Virus record (IMG/VR): IMGVR_UViG_2828164553_000001
Coordinates: 57,173-121,172 of that record
Length of the DNA: 64,000 nucleotides
Origin: a virus
Lineage: Duplodnaviria > Caudoviricetes
Direction: 5' to 3' (one strand)
A model generated the notes under the pieces. The model did no database searches. It was not told where the DNA came from and saw nothing but the letters and a program-made list of their open reading frames with translations. This document shows, piece by piece, positions 26,623-37,238 of the stretch. Made by a program: the position numbers and the translations under genes. Each line of letters starts with the position of its first letter. Within the stretch, counting starts at the first letter, position 1.

Positions 26623-27276
26623 TTAGGCTTCTGCCAATTGCTCGGCGGGCGCAAGGCTTGCGGAAATGGCGGCGTTGGTCGCAGCCTTGATGAGTGACTG
26701 CAGCTTCCATCCCTGCAGCTTCTGTGACGTTGGAGCGCCGGGATATTGGATCACGTATTCGGGCGCAACCAGGGCAGCGATCGATTCGGCCAAGACCCCC
26801 AGGGTAGCGCCTCGGTCCTCCACCTGGAAGGTCACATTTCCAGTGTCGTTGATTGGGTTCCAGATGATGGTGATATACCGCGCAATCGGATCCGCGTCGG
26901 GATCGGGCACCACCACGTTTGCATCGTAGGCGGTGCGCGTGGCTGCTTTGATGCCGAGCAGCAGGTGCACGCCAGGCTCGTTGACCGTTTCCCCTGGCAC
27001 CTGCCCCGCCTGCCCCGTTGCGGGGTCGACCTGAGTGGTCGAGGGCGCGGTGATGTCGTAGCTGCGACCGATCAGGTCGCTGATCTGCACGGTGAGCACG
27101 CGCAGGAAGAAACGCTCGAGCGTCTGCGTCCAGCCATCGGGGTGCGGCTTGGTTGTGATCTGCTCGAGGTGGAACTCGACCGGCCCGTCGTTGGTGGCCG
27201 GGTTCCATCGGATCTCGATGCGTGGCGACACGATCTTGGTCTGCGTGCCAAAGGTGGTGTTCTCGTTGATGAGCAT
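26623..27276 (-). CDS. Tail-associated hypothetical protein (internal duplication)
   Basis: Last gene of the tail operon; two similar halves. Confidence 0.65.
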   Translation of the reverse strand: MLINENTTFGTQTKIVSPRIEIRWNPATNDGPVEFHLEQITTKPHPDGWTQTLERFFLRVLTVQISDLIGRSYDITAPSTTQVDPATGQAGQVPGETVNEPGVHLLLGIKAATRTAYDANVVVPDPDADPIARYITIIWNPINDTGNVTFQVEDRGATLGVLAESIAALVAPEYVIQYPGAPTSQKLQGWKLQSLIKAATNAAISASLAPAEQLAEA

Positions 27277-27278
27277 GG

Positions 27279-27956
27279 TCAATATCCAGTGACGTCGAGG
27301 ATGGGCGCGCGCACCCAGGCCTGACCGTAATTGCCAGGGGGTGGCTGCGGGGTACCGCTGGTGCCGCTGCGCAGGTCCTGGGCAGTGTCGACGGTGGCAA
27401 TGGACGCGACGTTGCCGTTGATGTTGACCACTCCCTTGCGCCACAGGACCTGCACCTGCCACTGGGGGCCGCCACCGATCACGCCGCCGATGGCCAGCAT
27501 GATGTTGCCGGTGGAGCCGGCCAGCGCGGCGTAGGTGCGGCCGGCCGGCAGCGTGATCGATCCGCCCTGATTCGCATTGCCCTGCAGCAACCCACGCACC
27601 TTCATGTACTTGAGTGTTGCGTCGAACACGATCTGATTGTTCGACGGGTTGCGCACGACAAGGTAGTTGCGCTGCCCGAAGTTGGGCTCATCGAACACAT
27701 AGGCGGTGAAGCTGCCGCCGGACGTCCATCCGGAGAACGTGAAGGTGTTGCCGCTTTGCGTGCGCTGGCCGAGTGTCGCGTTGCTCTCTCCCAAGAAGGC
27801 CAGCACGGGGTTCGTGCCGGCCACGGTAAGGCTCCACGTCTTCAGCACGCCGCTGCCGCTGGGCGTAATGGTCTGCTTCGAAGCGAGGGCTAGATTCTTC
27901 CAGTCCTCAGAGATCACCACCCTATTGGGACCGGCATTGATGCGAACGAATGCCAC
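27279..27956 (-). CDS. Tail tip accessory / receptor-binding candidate
   Basis: Follows J; beta-rich; 'IVFDATLKYM' motif seen in post-J proteins. Confidence 0.65.
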   Translation of the reverse strand: MAFVRINAGPNRVVISEDWKNLALASKQTITPSGSGVLKTWSLTVAGTNPVLAFLGESNATLGQRTQSGNTFTFSGWTSGGSFTAYVFDEPNFGQRNYLVVRNPSNNQIVFDATLKYMKVRGLLQGNANQGGSITLPAGRTYAALAGSTGNIMLAIGGVIGGGPQWQVQVLWRKGVVNINGNVASIATVDTAQDLRSGTSGTPQPPPGNYGQAWVRAPILDVTGY

Positions 27957-27957
27957 G

Positions 27958-28269
27958 TCAAAACCTCCCGTAGAACAACGTGCCGCCGGCCCGGGCAGTC
28001 AAGTTCGCAGACGGCGCGCTCCAGGTGATCGTGTTGCCGTCATCCGTGATGTATGGCAGCAGCGCATTGCCTGCCCCGCTATCGGCGACAAACCAGTAAT
28101 AGAGTTGGTTTGCGCTGCCGGTGATCGGTACCGCCACTGAGCCGTTGGCTCCGCTGGCAATACCGATCGCGCCCATGTGCTGGGTGAGCAAGTCCGAGTC
28201 CGGTTGATCTGTGACTTCGAGAAGCACGACATTCGTGGCTGCGTCTCGGACGCGTAGAAACGTCGTCAT
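27958..28269 (-). CDS. Tail tip accessory protein
   Basis: Overlaps the J stop codon; beta-rich. Confidence 0.6.
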   Translation of the reverse strand: MTTFLRVRDAATNVVLLEVTDQPDSDLLTQHMGAIGIASGANGSVAVPITGSANQLYYWFVADSGAGNALLPYITDDGNTITWSAPSANLTARAGGTLFYGRF

Positions 28270-31200
28270 ACGCCCGCTCCCATCGCGATCACTTGCACAC
28301 CATTAGGGGCGTAGCAGTAGATCTTGCCGTTGACGATCTCACTGCGACCTTGTCCTCTGTCGACGTCAATGAACCGCACCTTGTCGAATGCAAAATCCAA
28401 CGTTGCGCTCGTCCCGTTGTTGACCGAACGCCAGCCGGCCACGCGATTGTTGACGTCCAGCGCAAGCGTAGCTGAGGCCTCATAGCTCCTGACCCCGTTC
28501 TCCGCGGTGGTCACGCGCGTCTCGATCGATTGCGTGACCTGCGCATATTTGAGGTCCAGTCCCGCAGCTGAAGGCTGCCAACTTGACGGCACCGTTTGCG
28601 CCGGGCCCAGCTCCTCTAACATCGGTCGGACAAACCAGCTGTAGAGGTATGGTGCGGATGCTTTCCCCGATGAAAGCAGCTGCATCCTCGCGAAGGCTGC
28701 GTCACTCGGCGCAACACCGCTGGCAAAGGCGCGGATGTATTCGTTAAGCGTGATGCCGCCCGCGATGGACACCCAGTGGATTGGTGCTATACCGACTTCT
28801 TGCCCAGATCTGTTAGCCCAAACCAGTCGCACGGACACCTGCTCTGCTGTATGGCTTGCCATCCAACATGAGGCGCCGTACCGCTTGCCCGGCGTCACTG
28901 GTACATCTCGGCTTTGCACGAACACGTAGCCACTGGCACCACTGCTCTTGTAGAGCTGTAGATAAGCCATTCCAATCGGCTGCCAGCTATTGTTTAGCGT
29001 GGCAACTCCGCGCTCCAGCAATGTGCCACCCCACGGGTCACTCACGATGCCCCAGCCATCCAACGATGTGTCCCAGCCGGCGTTGTAGAGCAGGTTGGCT
29101 CCCCCTCCGGTTTGCGAGCGAACGGAGGTCAATGCCGTGCCGAGCGACGTCACCTCATTGCCCTGTTGCGTGACCTGAGTCTGCAGCGCTTGCAAAGCGG
29201 ATGCGTCAGCCTTGCCGCTCAGTGCGGATTGAACCGAACCGATGAGCTGCGACAGTGCGTTTACGCCGTTTTCTGCTTGCGTCAAACGGGTGTTCATCGC
29301 CTGCACGGCAGATGTGTCTGCCTTTCCTGCGAGGCTGGACTGCACCCCGCGCACATCCTGCGCGACGATCTGCAACTCTCGCTCGATCTGCTGCACGTCG
29401 GTGGTGACCTGCTGCATTGCCACGCCGATCGCGCCCACCGCTTCGGCCAAGCTCGCGTACTGCCCGATGAAAGACCAATACGCCGTGTCGGTGATCGCCG
29501 TGCCCACCGGCACGTCCTGCTTGGCCACATAGAGCCCGCCGGCGTGCTTTACGATCGAGCCGGCCGGCCACGCTTGGTCCGCCCACTCCGGAGCCTCGAC
29601 AAGCGCCTGCAGGTTCGCCAAGTCCTGCGCCTGTTGAAAGAGCTTGTCAGCGAGCTCTTGATCGCGCGCCGCCGCTTCCAGAAAACCCTGCCGGATCTCT
29701 TCGGTGGTCTGATCGATCGCCTGCTGCATCTCCTCCTGCAGCTCCGCCAGATTCTTGCCGAGGGTCTTTGTGATGTACTTCGCCGCCACCGACAGCGTGC
29801 CGTTGGTGTTGCGCGCGCGGATCGCGAAGACCCACGTGCCCGACGCCGGGATGGGCGAGTCGAACGCACCGGTGTGGTAGCCGCTATCGCCCACGGGCGT
29901 CATGGCCTCCCACGACGGCATCGGCGCACCCTGCTCCGGTGCCTGGGTGTAGCGGATCTCCGCGCCGGCCAAGTTGGCCGACTGGATGGTGTCGGTCCAG
30001 AAGCCCCAGGTGTAGCGCCGGATGCCGCCGCCGACCTCCTCCACGTCGAACAGGTCGTAGTTCACCGGCGGCGCATCGGCGCCGATGGTCGTGTAGATCA
30101 GCGAGGCGCCCACGCCCAGCTGCCCCTCCGGGCCGAAAGGACGCACGTTGATGGTGTAGGTGCCGGCGCGCGGGATGCGCCACCGCGCCGTGCGGGTGCG
30201 CGTCTGTGCCACCTCTACCAGCTCGCCATTGCCGTCCGACGCCGAGGCGTACACCACCGCGTGATCGAACGGGCCGGTGATGTCGAAGGTGGCCACCAGA
30301 TCGGTGGCAGTGACATCGCCGGTGGTGATCTGGTCTTCGCTGATTGCCAGGTTGCTGACGATTGGGCGTGTGGCCAGCGACGAGCCGCTCTCCGGCGGGA
30401 TGTATCGGCCGGTCTTGACGAAGGTCCAGAACTCCGGCGACTCCGGCACCACGCTGATGCTGGCGCCCTTCAGATCGCTCTCCGGCTCGATCGCCACCAC
30501 GCGCACACGCAGCCCCGGCGTGGCCTTGAAATCGTAGATCCACACGGTGTCGTGGGCTGGGTTGTCCTGCCAGCCGCCCTGCACCATTGAGTCTGCATAG
30601 CCCTCGCCTGGCAGCGGTGCGTCATCCGGCCATTCCTCGACCAGCTGGATGGTGTCGGTCGCCTCGGTGAAGTTGCGCACACGGAACGTGCGATAGACCG
30701 CCTCACCCGGGATGCGCAGGCCGATAAAGGCGCTGCGCGCATCTGGCGGCGGCACAGGCTCGTCCAGTGTCAGCGTGACGGTGCCAAGTAGCGGGCTGCG
30801 CTCTGCCGCGACGATGCGCCCGCCGAATCCCCACTGCGTGAGGTCGTGCGAGATCGACAGCATCGACATGCGACGGTAGGACAGGTACTGCAGATCTTGC
30901 GCAAAGCCGATGTCCTTGTACTGAAACAGGCTCTGGGCGAGGTGGTAGCGCGCCATCTCGGCCGCATGCGCCTCGCGGCCGATGCCCTCACCGGTGAGAC
31001 GCGCCGGGTTGAGCATGGTTTCCACGCCCGGCGCCGGCACGCGTAAGGTCTCGACTTTCTTGGTGGTGCTGTCGAAATAGCTGTACTCGATGCCGTCAGC
31101 AGCGGCGGCCAGCGTGTAGTCCACGCTGAAGCTGCCCTTCTTCATCTCGGCCATGTTGACCACGCCCGAGAGCGGCTGCTCGTCGGCGGCCCACACCACC

Positions 31201-32705
31201 GACAGGCGACCACTGGCCCAGGTGGTCTGCCCCATGCCAGCAAGGGCAATCGCCTGCAGCACCTCGTCGTGGCTGCGCTCTTCGGTCAGCCAATAGTCGT
31301 AGGTGTAGCCGTTCGCTTCGCAGTGCGCCATGAAGCCCTGCAACGACTCGATGTCGGTCTCCTCGTCGCTCTTGCCCATGCCGGCGATGAGCTTGCCGGT
31401 CTTGTCGTAATAGCCGCGAACGTACTTGAGAATGTGCGCGCCGGGGTTGCTGGTCTCCTCATTTACCCAGCTGCCGTTGCGACATACCGGAATCGGCGCG
31501 GCGATGTGCTCGGCACGCAGCTCATCCGGCTGGCCGTTGAGCTGGCCGGTGGCCTTCATCAAGATGCCGGTGCGCGCAATTCCCGCATAAGTCGCAGTGT
31601 CCGCCTGCACGCTGCCCATCGTCGACCACTGAAAGTCGTTGCGCTGGGTGTTATCGCCCTCGTAGTTTCCCTGCCCCAGGATGCGCACGCGCACGTCGTA
31701 TTGGCCCTTGGCCACATCTGCCGACACCGTTGCGCGCTTGCTGACGTCCAGCTTGTCGCCGGTGTACGTCTGGGTGGCCAGCGTGGCCCAGATCCCGGTG
31801 CCCGCGGGCGCGTACTGCACTTGCACGGTCTCGGACACGTTGTACTTCTTGCCCGAGGTGCCCACGCCGCCGAGCACGTACTCCAGGTTGATCTGGATGC
31901 GCACGGTGTCGGCGCTGGTGGTGCGGGTCACGAAGTCGGCCGTGTCCGGCAGCTCCCCACCATCGACTGTGTCCACGTTGCTGTACAGCGGAATGGTCTG
32001 CTCCGGCATCTGGCTGTAGCCGGCGTGGTAGATGCTCACGCCCTCATAGCTGGAGAGCGGTGTGTCGCCGTTGCTGTACGCCTCCACGCGCCCGACGCCA
32101 ATACCGGGCGTGAGCACCATGGCGAGGTACTGATCATCACCCTCGTAAAAGGTGTAAGGCTTACTCGCAATGTCTGCCGCGATGGTCGTGCGACCAAACA
32201 GCAAGCCCAGGGGCTCATAGGGGCGCATGCGGTTGCGCGGCGCCCCCAGGCTGTAGACGGTGCCCGCCGCGCTCTGGGCGGCTGGGCTTTCGACCTTCGG
32301 CCCGAGGGTCTTGTTGATCAGGACTGAGCCGGCCACAAAGGCTGCCGTGTACGCGACCGCCGCGCCCGTGGTACCCAGCCCGGCGGCCCACGTCGCGCCC
32401 GCGCCGCCGGTGAAGTAGATCAGCGCCGCCATCGCCACGATATACAGCGCGTTTCTGCCGACCGCGCCGCGCACCTCGATGACCTGACCATCCTTCGGAT
32501 AAACGTAGGCCCACAGGTGACGCGGCACGACGCGCCCGCCGATGGAAACCGTCCACTCGCCCTGATCCAGGTCGATCACGTGCCGGTGCAGGAAGTCGCA
32601 CAGGCGCTCGCCCGGCTGCAGGTCCATTGCAATGTGGCGCTGTCCCTCCAGCGTCACTGGATGCGGCGTCAGCACCAGCTGGCCGTCGCTCGCAGGCGTG
32701 GTCAT
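28266..32705 (-). CDS. Tail tip / host specificity protein J
   Basis: ~1480 aa; ubiquitin-like N-term, 'TSNPGA', FN3-like, coiled coil and carbohydrate-binding-like regions. Confidence 0.9.
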   Translation of the reverse strand: MTTPASDGQLVLTPHPVTLEGQRHIAMDLQPGERLCDFLHRHVIDLDQGEWTVSIGGRVVPRHLWAYVYPKDGQVIEVRGAVGRNALYIVAMAALIYFTGGAGATWAAGLGTTGAAVAYTAAFVAGSVLINKTLGPKVESPAAQSAAGTVYSLGAPRNRMRPYEPLGLLFGRTTIAADIASKPYTFYEGDDQYLAMVLTPGIGVGRVEAYSNGDTPLSSYEGVSIYHAGYSQMPEQTIPLYSNVDTVDGGELPDTADFVTRTTSADTVRIQINLEYVLGGVGTSGKKYNVSETVQVQYAPAGTGIWATLATQTYTGDKLDVSKRATVSADVAKGQYDVRVRILGQGNYEGDNTQRNDFQWSTMGSVQADTATYAGIARTGILMKATGQLNGQPDELRAEHIAAPIPVCRNGSWVNEETSNPGAHILKYVRGYYDKTGKLIAGMGKSDEETDIESLQGFMAHCEANGYTYDYWLTEERSHDEVLQAIALAGMGQTTWASGRLSVVWAADEQPLSGVVNMAEMKKGSFSVDYTLAAAADGIEYSYFDSTTKKVETLRVPAPGVETMLNPARLTGEGIGREAHAAEMARYHLAQSLFQYKDIGFAQDLQYLSYRRMSMLSISHDLTQWGFGGRIVAAERSPLLGTVTLTLDEPVPPPDARSAFIGLRIPGEAVYRTFRVRNFTEATDTIQLVEEWPDDAPLPGEGYADSMVQGGWQDNPAHDTVWIYDFKATPGLRVRVVAIEPESDLKGASISVVPESPEFWTFVKTGRYIPPESGSSLATRPIVSNLAISEDQITTGDVTATDLVATFDITGPFDHAVVYASASDGNGELVEVAQTRTRTARWRIPRAGTYTINVRPFGPEGQLGVGASLIYTTIGADAPPVNYDLFDVEEVGGGIRRYTWGFWTDTIQSANLAGAEIRYTQAPEQGAPMPSWEAMTPVGDSGYHTGAFDSPIPASGTWVFAIRARNTNGTLSVAAKYITKTLGKNLAELQEEMQQAIDQTTEEIRQGFLEAAARDQELADKLFQQAQDLANLQALVEAPEWADQAWPAGSIVKHAGGLYVAKQDVPVGTAITDTAYWSFIGQYASLAEAVGAIGVAMQQVTTDVQQIERELQIVAQDVRGVQSSLAGKADTSAVQAMNTRLTQAENGVNALSQLIGSVQSALSGKADASALQALQTQVTQQGNEVTSLGTALTSVRSQTGGGANLLYNAGWDTSLDGWGIVSDPWGGTLLERGVATLNNSWQPIGMAYLQLYKSSGASGYVFVQSRDVPVTPGKRYGASCWMASHTAEQVSVRLVWANRSGQEVGIAPIHWVSIAGGITLNEYIRAFASGVAPSDAAFARMQLLSSGKASAPYLYSWFVRPMLEELGPAQTVPSSWQPSAAGLDLKYAQVTQSIETRVTTAENGVRSYEASATLALDVNNRVAGWRSVNNGTSATLDFAFDKVRFIDVDRGQGRSEIVNGKIYCYAPNGVQVIAMGAGV

Positions 32706-33097
32706 CAGACCCATGTGTAATACCCCTCGATCCGTGCGCCGTAATCCGGCAGCTCGCGCACCCGGTGCAGCCAGCTGCTACCGAGCGCGCTGGTTGTGTG
32801 AAGTACCCAGCCCTCGTGGGCCAGGTAGAAGAAGACACCGACGTGCCCGGGCCGGATTTGGCCCTTATCGAACATCAACACCAGGTCGCCGTCCGCCGGC
32901 GTGTCGGTTGGCACGGCGTACGCCTGGGACAGCTCGCCCAGGGCTGCCTGGCCAGCAGCACCACGCGGGCGCCGCGCTGGCATCTGCACCTGGCGACCGA
33001 ACAGCTGGCGCTGGACCTGCACCACCAGGTCGGCACAGTCGTAGGCGTGGGCGTCGTACGGGATGTTGAGGAACCGCTCTACCTCACTGGCCCGCAT
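32705..33097 (-). CDS. NlpC/P60 tail tip protein (K-like)
   Basis: 'YDCADLV', 'GDLVLM', 'HVGV', 'VLH'. Confidence 0.85.
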   Translation of the reverse strand: MRASEVERFLNIPYDAHAYDCADLVVQVQRQLFGRQVQMPARRPRGAAGQAALGELSQAYAVPTDTPADGDLVLMFDKGQIRPGHVGVFFYLAHEGWVLHTTSALGSSWLHRVRELPDYGARIEGYYTWV

Positions 33098-33564
33098 CAG
33101 AAGATCCCCGGCAGCGTGTGCGGGTTGGCGCGGAGCTTCACTGCCTGCTGCCGCATGAAGAAGTCCACGCCGATCTGCGCGGTGATCAGCGGGCCGGCAG
33201 CGCGCACCTGCGTCAGCGGCAGATAGAAACGCCGCGCAATCACGTCTGGCTGCGCGCGGTCCGTGATCAGGATCCGGCACATCACCGTCTCGTTGGGCTG
33301 CACATGCTCCAGGTCATCGGTAATGCCGCGCCCAACGTTGTCCACCTCCAGCTGTGCGCGCGGCGTCTGGCCAGCAGAATCCGTAGGGGGCGTGAAGCGG
33401 AACGGATACCCGAGATACGTATTGCCATTGCTCACCCAGTCCTGCGTGTCGTTGGCAATGCGCAACACCGCGCCGAACGATGGCGCCGTCATCTCCAGCA
33501 GCTCCAGCGGGCCGGTGGTGGCATTGTCTGTCACGCGCTGGCGGCGCTCAAGGAAGGAGCTCAT
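33097..33564 (-). CDS. Tail tip protein (DUF1833/L-like)
   Basis: 'YLGYPFRFTPP', 'QLEVDNVGR', C-terminal 'PGIF'. Confidence 0.8.
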   Translation of the reverse strand: MSSFLERRQRVTDNATTGPLELLEMTAPSFGAVLRIANDTQDWVSNGNTYLGYPFRFTPPTDSAGQTPRAQLEVDNVGRGITDDLEHVQPNETVMCRILITDRAQPDVIARRFYLPLTQVRAAGPLITAQIGVDFFMRQQAVKLRANPHTLPGIF

Positions 33565-33917
33565 CGCAAGAACTCAACGACCACATCGCGCTGCCATGGC
33601 CGATCTGCCCCATCAGCTGGGCGCAATTCGCCGATGCTGCCGCCCTCGAAGCGCGCCTGTACGGTTAGTCCCGTCAGCGGGTGGCGGAAGTCGAACCAAC
33701 CGATGCGGCCGATGTCGTCGAAATACCAGCTTTCGAAAGACACCGCGTCGACCGGCGTGGCGAAGTCCAACGTCATGGCGAGCTTCATCAGCACGCGCGT
33801 ATTGAGAACGCGTTGCTTGGGCACCCCGCGCTCCATCTCGGTACGCATCACCGCAGGATCGAAAGAACTGCGCACCGTGTCGTACAGCACACCTGCAAAT
33901 AGCGGGAAAGCGGCCAT
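33561..33917 (-). CDS. Distal tail protein (M-like)
   Basis: 'MRTEMERGVPKQR', 'FESWY', position after tape measure. Confidence 0.75.
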   Translation of the reverse strand: MAAFPLFAGVLYDTVRSSFDPAVMRTEMERGVPKQRVLNTRVLMKLAMTLDFATPVDAVSFESWYFDDIGRIGWFDFRHPLTGLTVQARFEGGSIGELRPADGADRPWQRDVVVEFLR

Positions 33918-36600
33918 CAGCGGCGCGTCCTCGTGTCGAACCTGCTTTCGATGGCGCCGGCCATGCGTCCACCGCTGGCGATATTTTCGGCTCCGATATC
34001 CACAATCAGCTTGCGCAGTTCGCTGCCATCCGGCGCACGGCTGCGCTCCTCACGCTGCTGCGCTGTTTGGCCTGAATAGTTGTTGATCTCTACAGCCACC
34101 TGGCCGCCGCTGCGTCCTGTCGCAGGCATCACCGTGGTGCCTACCAGACCACCAACCGCGTAGCCGCGCCCGCTGCGGATGGCGCCCAGCATGGACAGGA
34201 AGGCAGCCGGTCCACCGATCGACGCGATGTCGCGCTGACTCAGCACGCCCTCGCCTTTGTGCACGACACCGGCCGGTTGAAACTTTCCGCCCGGCCCGGT
34301 ATAGCCACCGGTGTCCCAGCCCTGCAGCGGAATCGCCTCGCGCTGCACGGCTCCGACTTGGCCGCCGCCGAACACGCTACCCAGCAGGCTGGTGATTCCC
34401 TTGCGCACCGTGATCCGTGCAAAGTCGGCGATGATCGAGTTGGCCATGTCTCGAAAGCTGACTTTGCCATTACCGGTCGCTTTGACCACCATGTCCTCGA
34501 ATGAGGTCAGCGCCGAGGTCGTCGCGCTTTCTACCGCACCCGCCGCATTGCTGGCCCCGTCGCGATAGTTCGCCCATGCGGCTGAAACGCCCCTACCCCA
34601 ATCTGCCTGCGCTTGCGACATGCGCACGTAGCCGTCGCGAATCACTTGCACGCGGCGCTCGGTTGCCGCGCGCACGGCCTGTTCTTCAGCGGCCGCGGTC
34701 TGCTCATCGATCGTGCCCACTCGCTTGAGCAGGGCCAGCTCAGTCAGCCGCTGGGCCTGCTCGCGATACACCTCATTGAGCCGCTGCTGGATCTCGAACT
34801 CGCGATCGCCGGAGCCTACACGGGCAACCATGGCGTCCATTTCCTCGCGCAGCGCGCCCGTGCTGGCATCGAGTGCAGCCTTATAGGAGGACAGTGCGTC
34901 CTCACGTTGTTTCAGCAACTTGCGCTCGTCGGCTGCCAACACGTCCAGCTTCGCGGCACCCTCGGTGCGCACCTTCGTCAGCTGCGCCTCCATCTCGCCG
35001 ACCTGCTTGCCGACGTCGATCGCATCTTTGCCTGCGACACCGCGGCCCTTGAGATAGTCGATCTGCTTCTGCAGCGACTGCGCCTCGGCGTTGGTGCCGC
35101 GCTCAGTCAGCTCGCGCAGGCGTTGGTAGTAGGTCTCGGCCGACAGCTCGCGCGCCTGGTACTGGGCCTGCAACACCTTAGTGCTGGTTGCGATCTGCGC
35201 CTGCTCGGTGGTCAGCGCATCCCGGAGTGCCTGGACCCCAGCCGATCGGCCAGACGTTGCGATGCTCGCCGCGCCCTTTGCGCTGGCTGCCGCTGCGGCG
35301 TCGCGCATTGCACGCTCGCGTTGCTGTAGCACCTTGGTGTCGGTGATTCCTGCCTGCGCGGCCAGGGTGCGCATGTCCTTGATGCGCTCTTCGAGCTGCG
35401 CCTGCTTGCTCAGATACTGCACGCCCTCTTCTTGGAACTTCGTGCGCGCCTGCTCTTGCTTGCTGTCCACCTCTGAGTAGATGCCAGCCATGATGACCTT
35501 GACCGGCTTTTTGTTGGCCGCCTTCTGCAGCTCGTCGATCTGTTGCTGGAATTGCTTGAGCAGCCTGGTGCGGTTGGCATCGCTCAGACCTTGATAGACC
35601 CCACCGCCGCGGTTAACGCCGTCGATGTTGGACTGCAGCTGCTTGATCTTCTCCGTTGCGGTGTCGGGCCGGCCAACGCCGAGCATGGTGTCCCAAGCCT
35701 CAGAGGCGGCACCTTTGACCGCGCGCCAAGCGCGTTCCATGTAGCCCAGGTTTTCCTGCACATCGGCCGCCCGATCCTTGAGCGTGTCGGCGTAGATCTT
35801 GAACGCCGCCGCGACTGCCTGGACCTGGTTGCCCTGCTCGATCAGCGTCTTGATGTTGGCCAGCTGGGTCTGGTCCAGGAAGTGCATCGTCTCGTTGAGC
35901 TCAAGCAACGCAGCGACCGGGTCGGCCTTGATCTTGGCGAATTCGGCGACCGTCTCATTCACTGCCTTGCCCGTGCCGGCGCGCATCGTCTCGGCGGCGA
36001 TCGCCACGGTCTCCAGCTGCTCGGCAGTGAACTTGCCGGTGGCCGCGACCTCCGTCAGTGCCGCTGCGGCACTGGAGGTTGTCACACCGGCGATGCCATC
36101 CATCTGCGCAGCCACTTCCGCCAGGCGCGCAGCCGTCTGCCCAGATTGGTTGCCCGTCAGGATCAAGGCCTGTTGGTAGGCGGTCGCCTCATCGCTGCCC
36201 AACTTCCATGCCAGCGCCACGGCAGCGACGGCCGCCGCAGTGATCGAGAGCGGATTGAGCATGCCCACCAAGGCAGTCGAAACGCCAGACAGTGCAGGCC
36301 CCACGCCACCGAAGCTGTCCTTGATCTGGCCACCTTGCTGCACAAGCACCGTGAACCAGGGCATGCCACCTTGGAGGCTGGTAAAGATGTCCGTGAACTG
36401 CGCCGGCAACTGGCGCATGGCATTGCTGGTTTGCCCAGCAGAAATGCCCAGCTGCTTGATCGGGTCGTTTGCAGGCAGGGGGGTGCCAGCCTGCTTGCGC
36501 ACGTCGGCCAGCTGCCCGCGCAGCAATGCGAGGCCCTGCTTGATGTCGTTCACGTCCGCACTAAAATGCGAACGCGCAAGTTTGCAGAAGGTTCGGCCAT
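33917..36600 (-). pseudogene. Tape measure protein, frameshifted near 5' end (ORF remnant 33917-36553)
   Basis: ATG 36600 reads MAEPSANLRVRI, then ATTTTAGT puts SADVNDIKQG out of frame; lambda-type TMP motifs 'QLPAQFTDI', 'QQGGQIKD', 'GVVHKGE'. Confidence 0.8.
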
Positions 36601-36903
36601 CTACCTGATCAGGTCGTTGAGGTACTTGGTAAAGGCGGCAGGCTCGGCGCCCATCGCCATGCGCACGGCCTCAGCCGTTGCGGCTTGTTGCTGGCGTTGC
36701 TGCGTGCGCTCATCACGCGCCGCAGCAGCCGCGAACGCCCTGGCTTGCGCCAGGGTGTAGGTCATGACGTCTCGGCGTTGGTGGCCGCGGGCGATGAGGA
36801 AGTGGACGATGTCGACCCACCCGGCGGTGCCTGCGTCGCCACCATCGCGGGGATCGCCTTGCCTGCTGCCTGTAGCAGGCTCGGCAGGCGTTGGCCGAAA
36901 AAA
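36601..36903 (-). CDS. -1 frameshift extension of tail chaperone (GT-like)
   Basis: T TTT TTC at 36903-36897; -1 frame open to TAG 36601 (…WVDIVHFLIARGH…YTLAQARAF). Confidence 0.75.
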   Translation of the reverse strand, partial: FFRPTPAEPATGSRQGDPRDGGDAGTAGWVDIVHFLIARGHQRRDVMTYTLAQARAFAAAAARDERTQQRQQQAATAEAVRMAMGAEPAAFTKYLNDLIR

Positions 36904-37238
36904 TCCTGGTTGAGCTCCACCAATGCCTCCACCAGCGTGGCCGCATCGGCCAAGCTGCCACCGGCAATCCAGTCTTGCGGCTTGCCGGTGACGAGCGCAC
37001 CGCCCTTCGCGAACGCTTGCCCATCCTGCTCCAGCACGTCCATCAGTAGCGCGGCCACCTCGATCGATGCGCCAGCATTCGCCAGGCTTGCGGCGATGAG
37101 CACGCGGCCGATGATCGGCCGCGTAGCAGTGATAAAGGGACCGAGCTGCGCCAACGTCAGTGGCGACAGCAGCAGTTGCTCGCCGCGGTAGGTGATCGTT
37201 TGCGTCGGCGGACTCAGCACGTCGAGGTCGTCCATCAC
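36762..37238 (-). CDS. Tail assembly chaperone (G-like)
   Basis: Between tail tube and tape measure; contains slippery heptamer TTTTTTC. Confidence 0.8.
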   Translation of the reverse strand: MMDDLDVLSPPTQTITYRGEQLLLSPLTLAQLGPFITATRPIIGRVLIAASLANAGASIEVAALLMDVLEQDGQAFAKGGALVTGKPQDWIAGGSLADAATLVEALVELNQDFFGQRLPSLLQAAGKAIPAMVATQAPPGGSTSSTSSSPAATNAETS

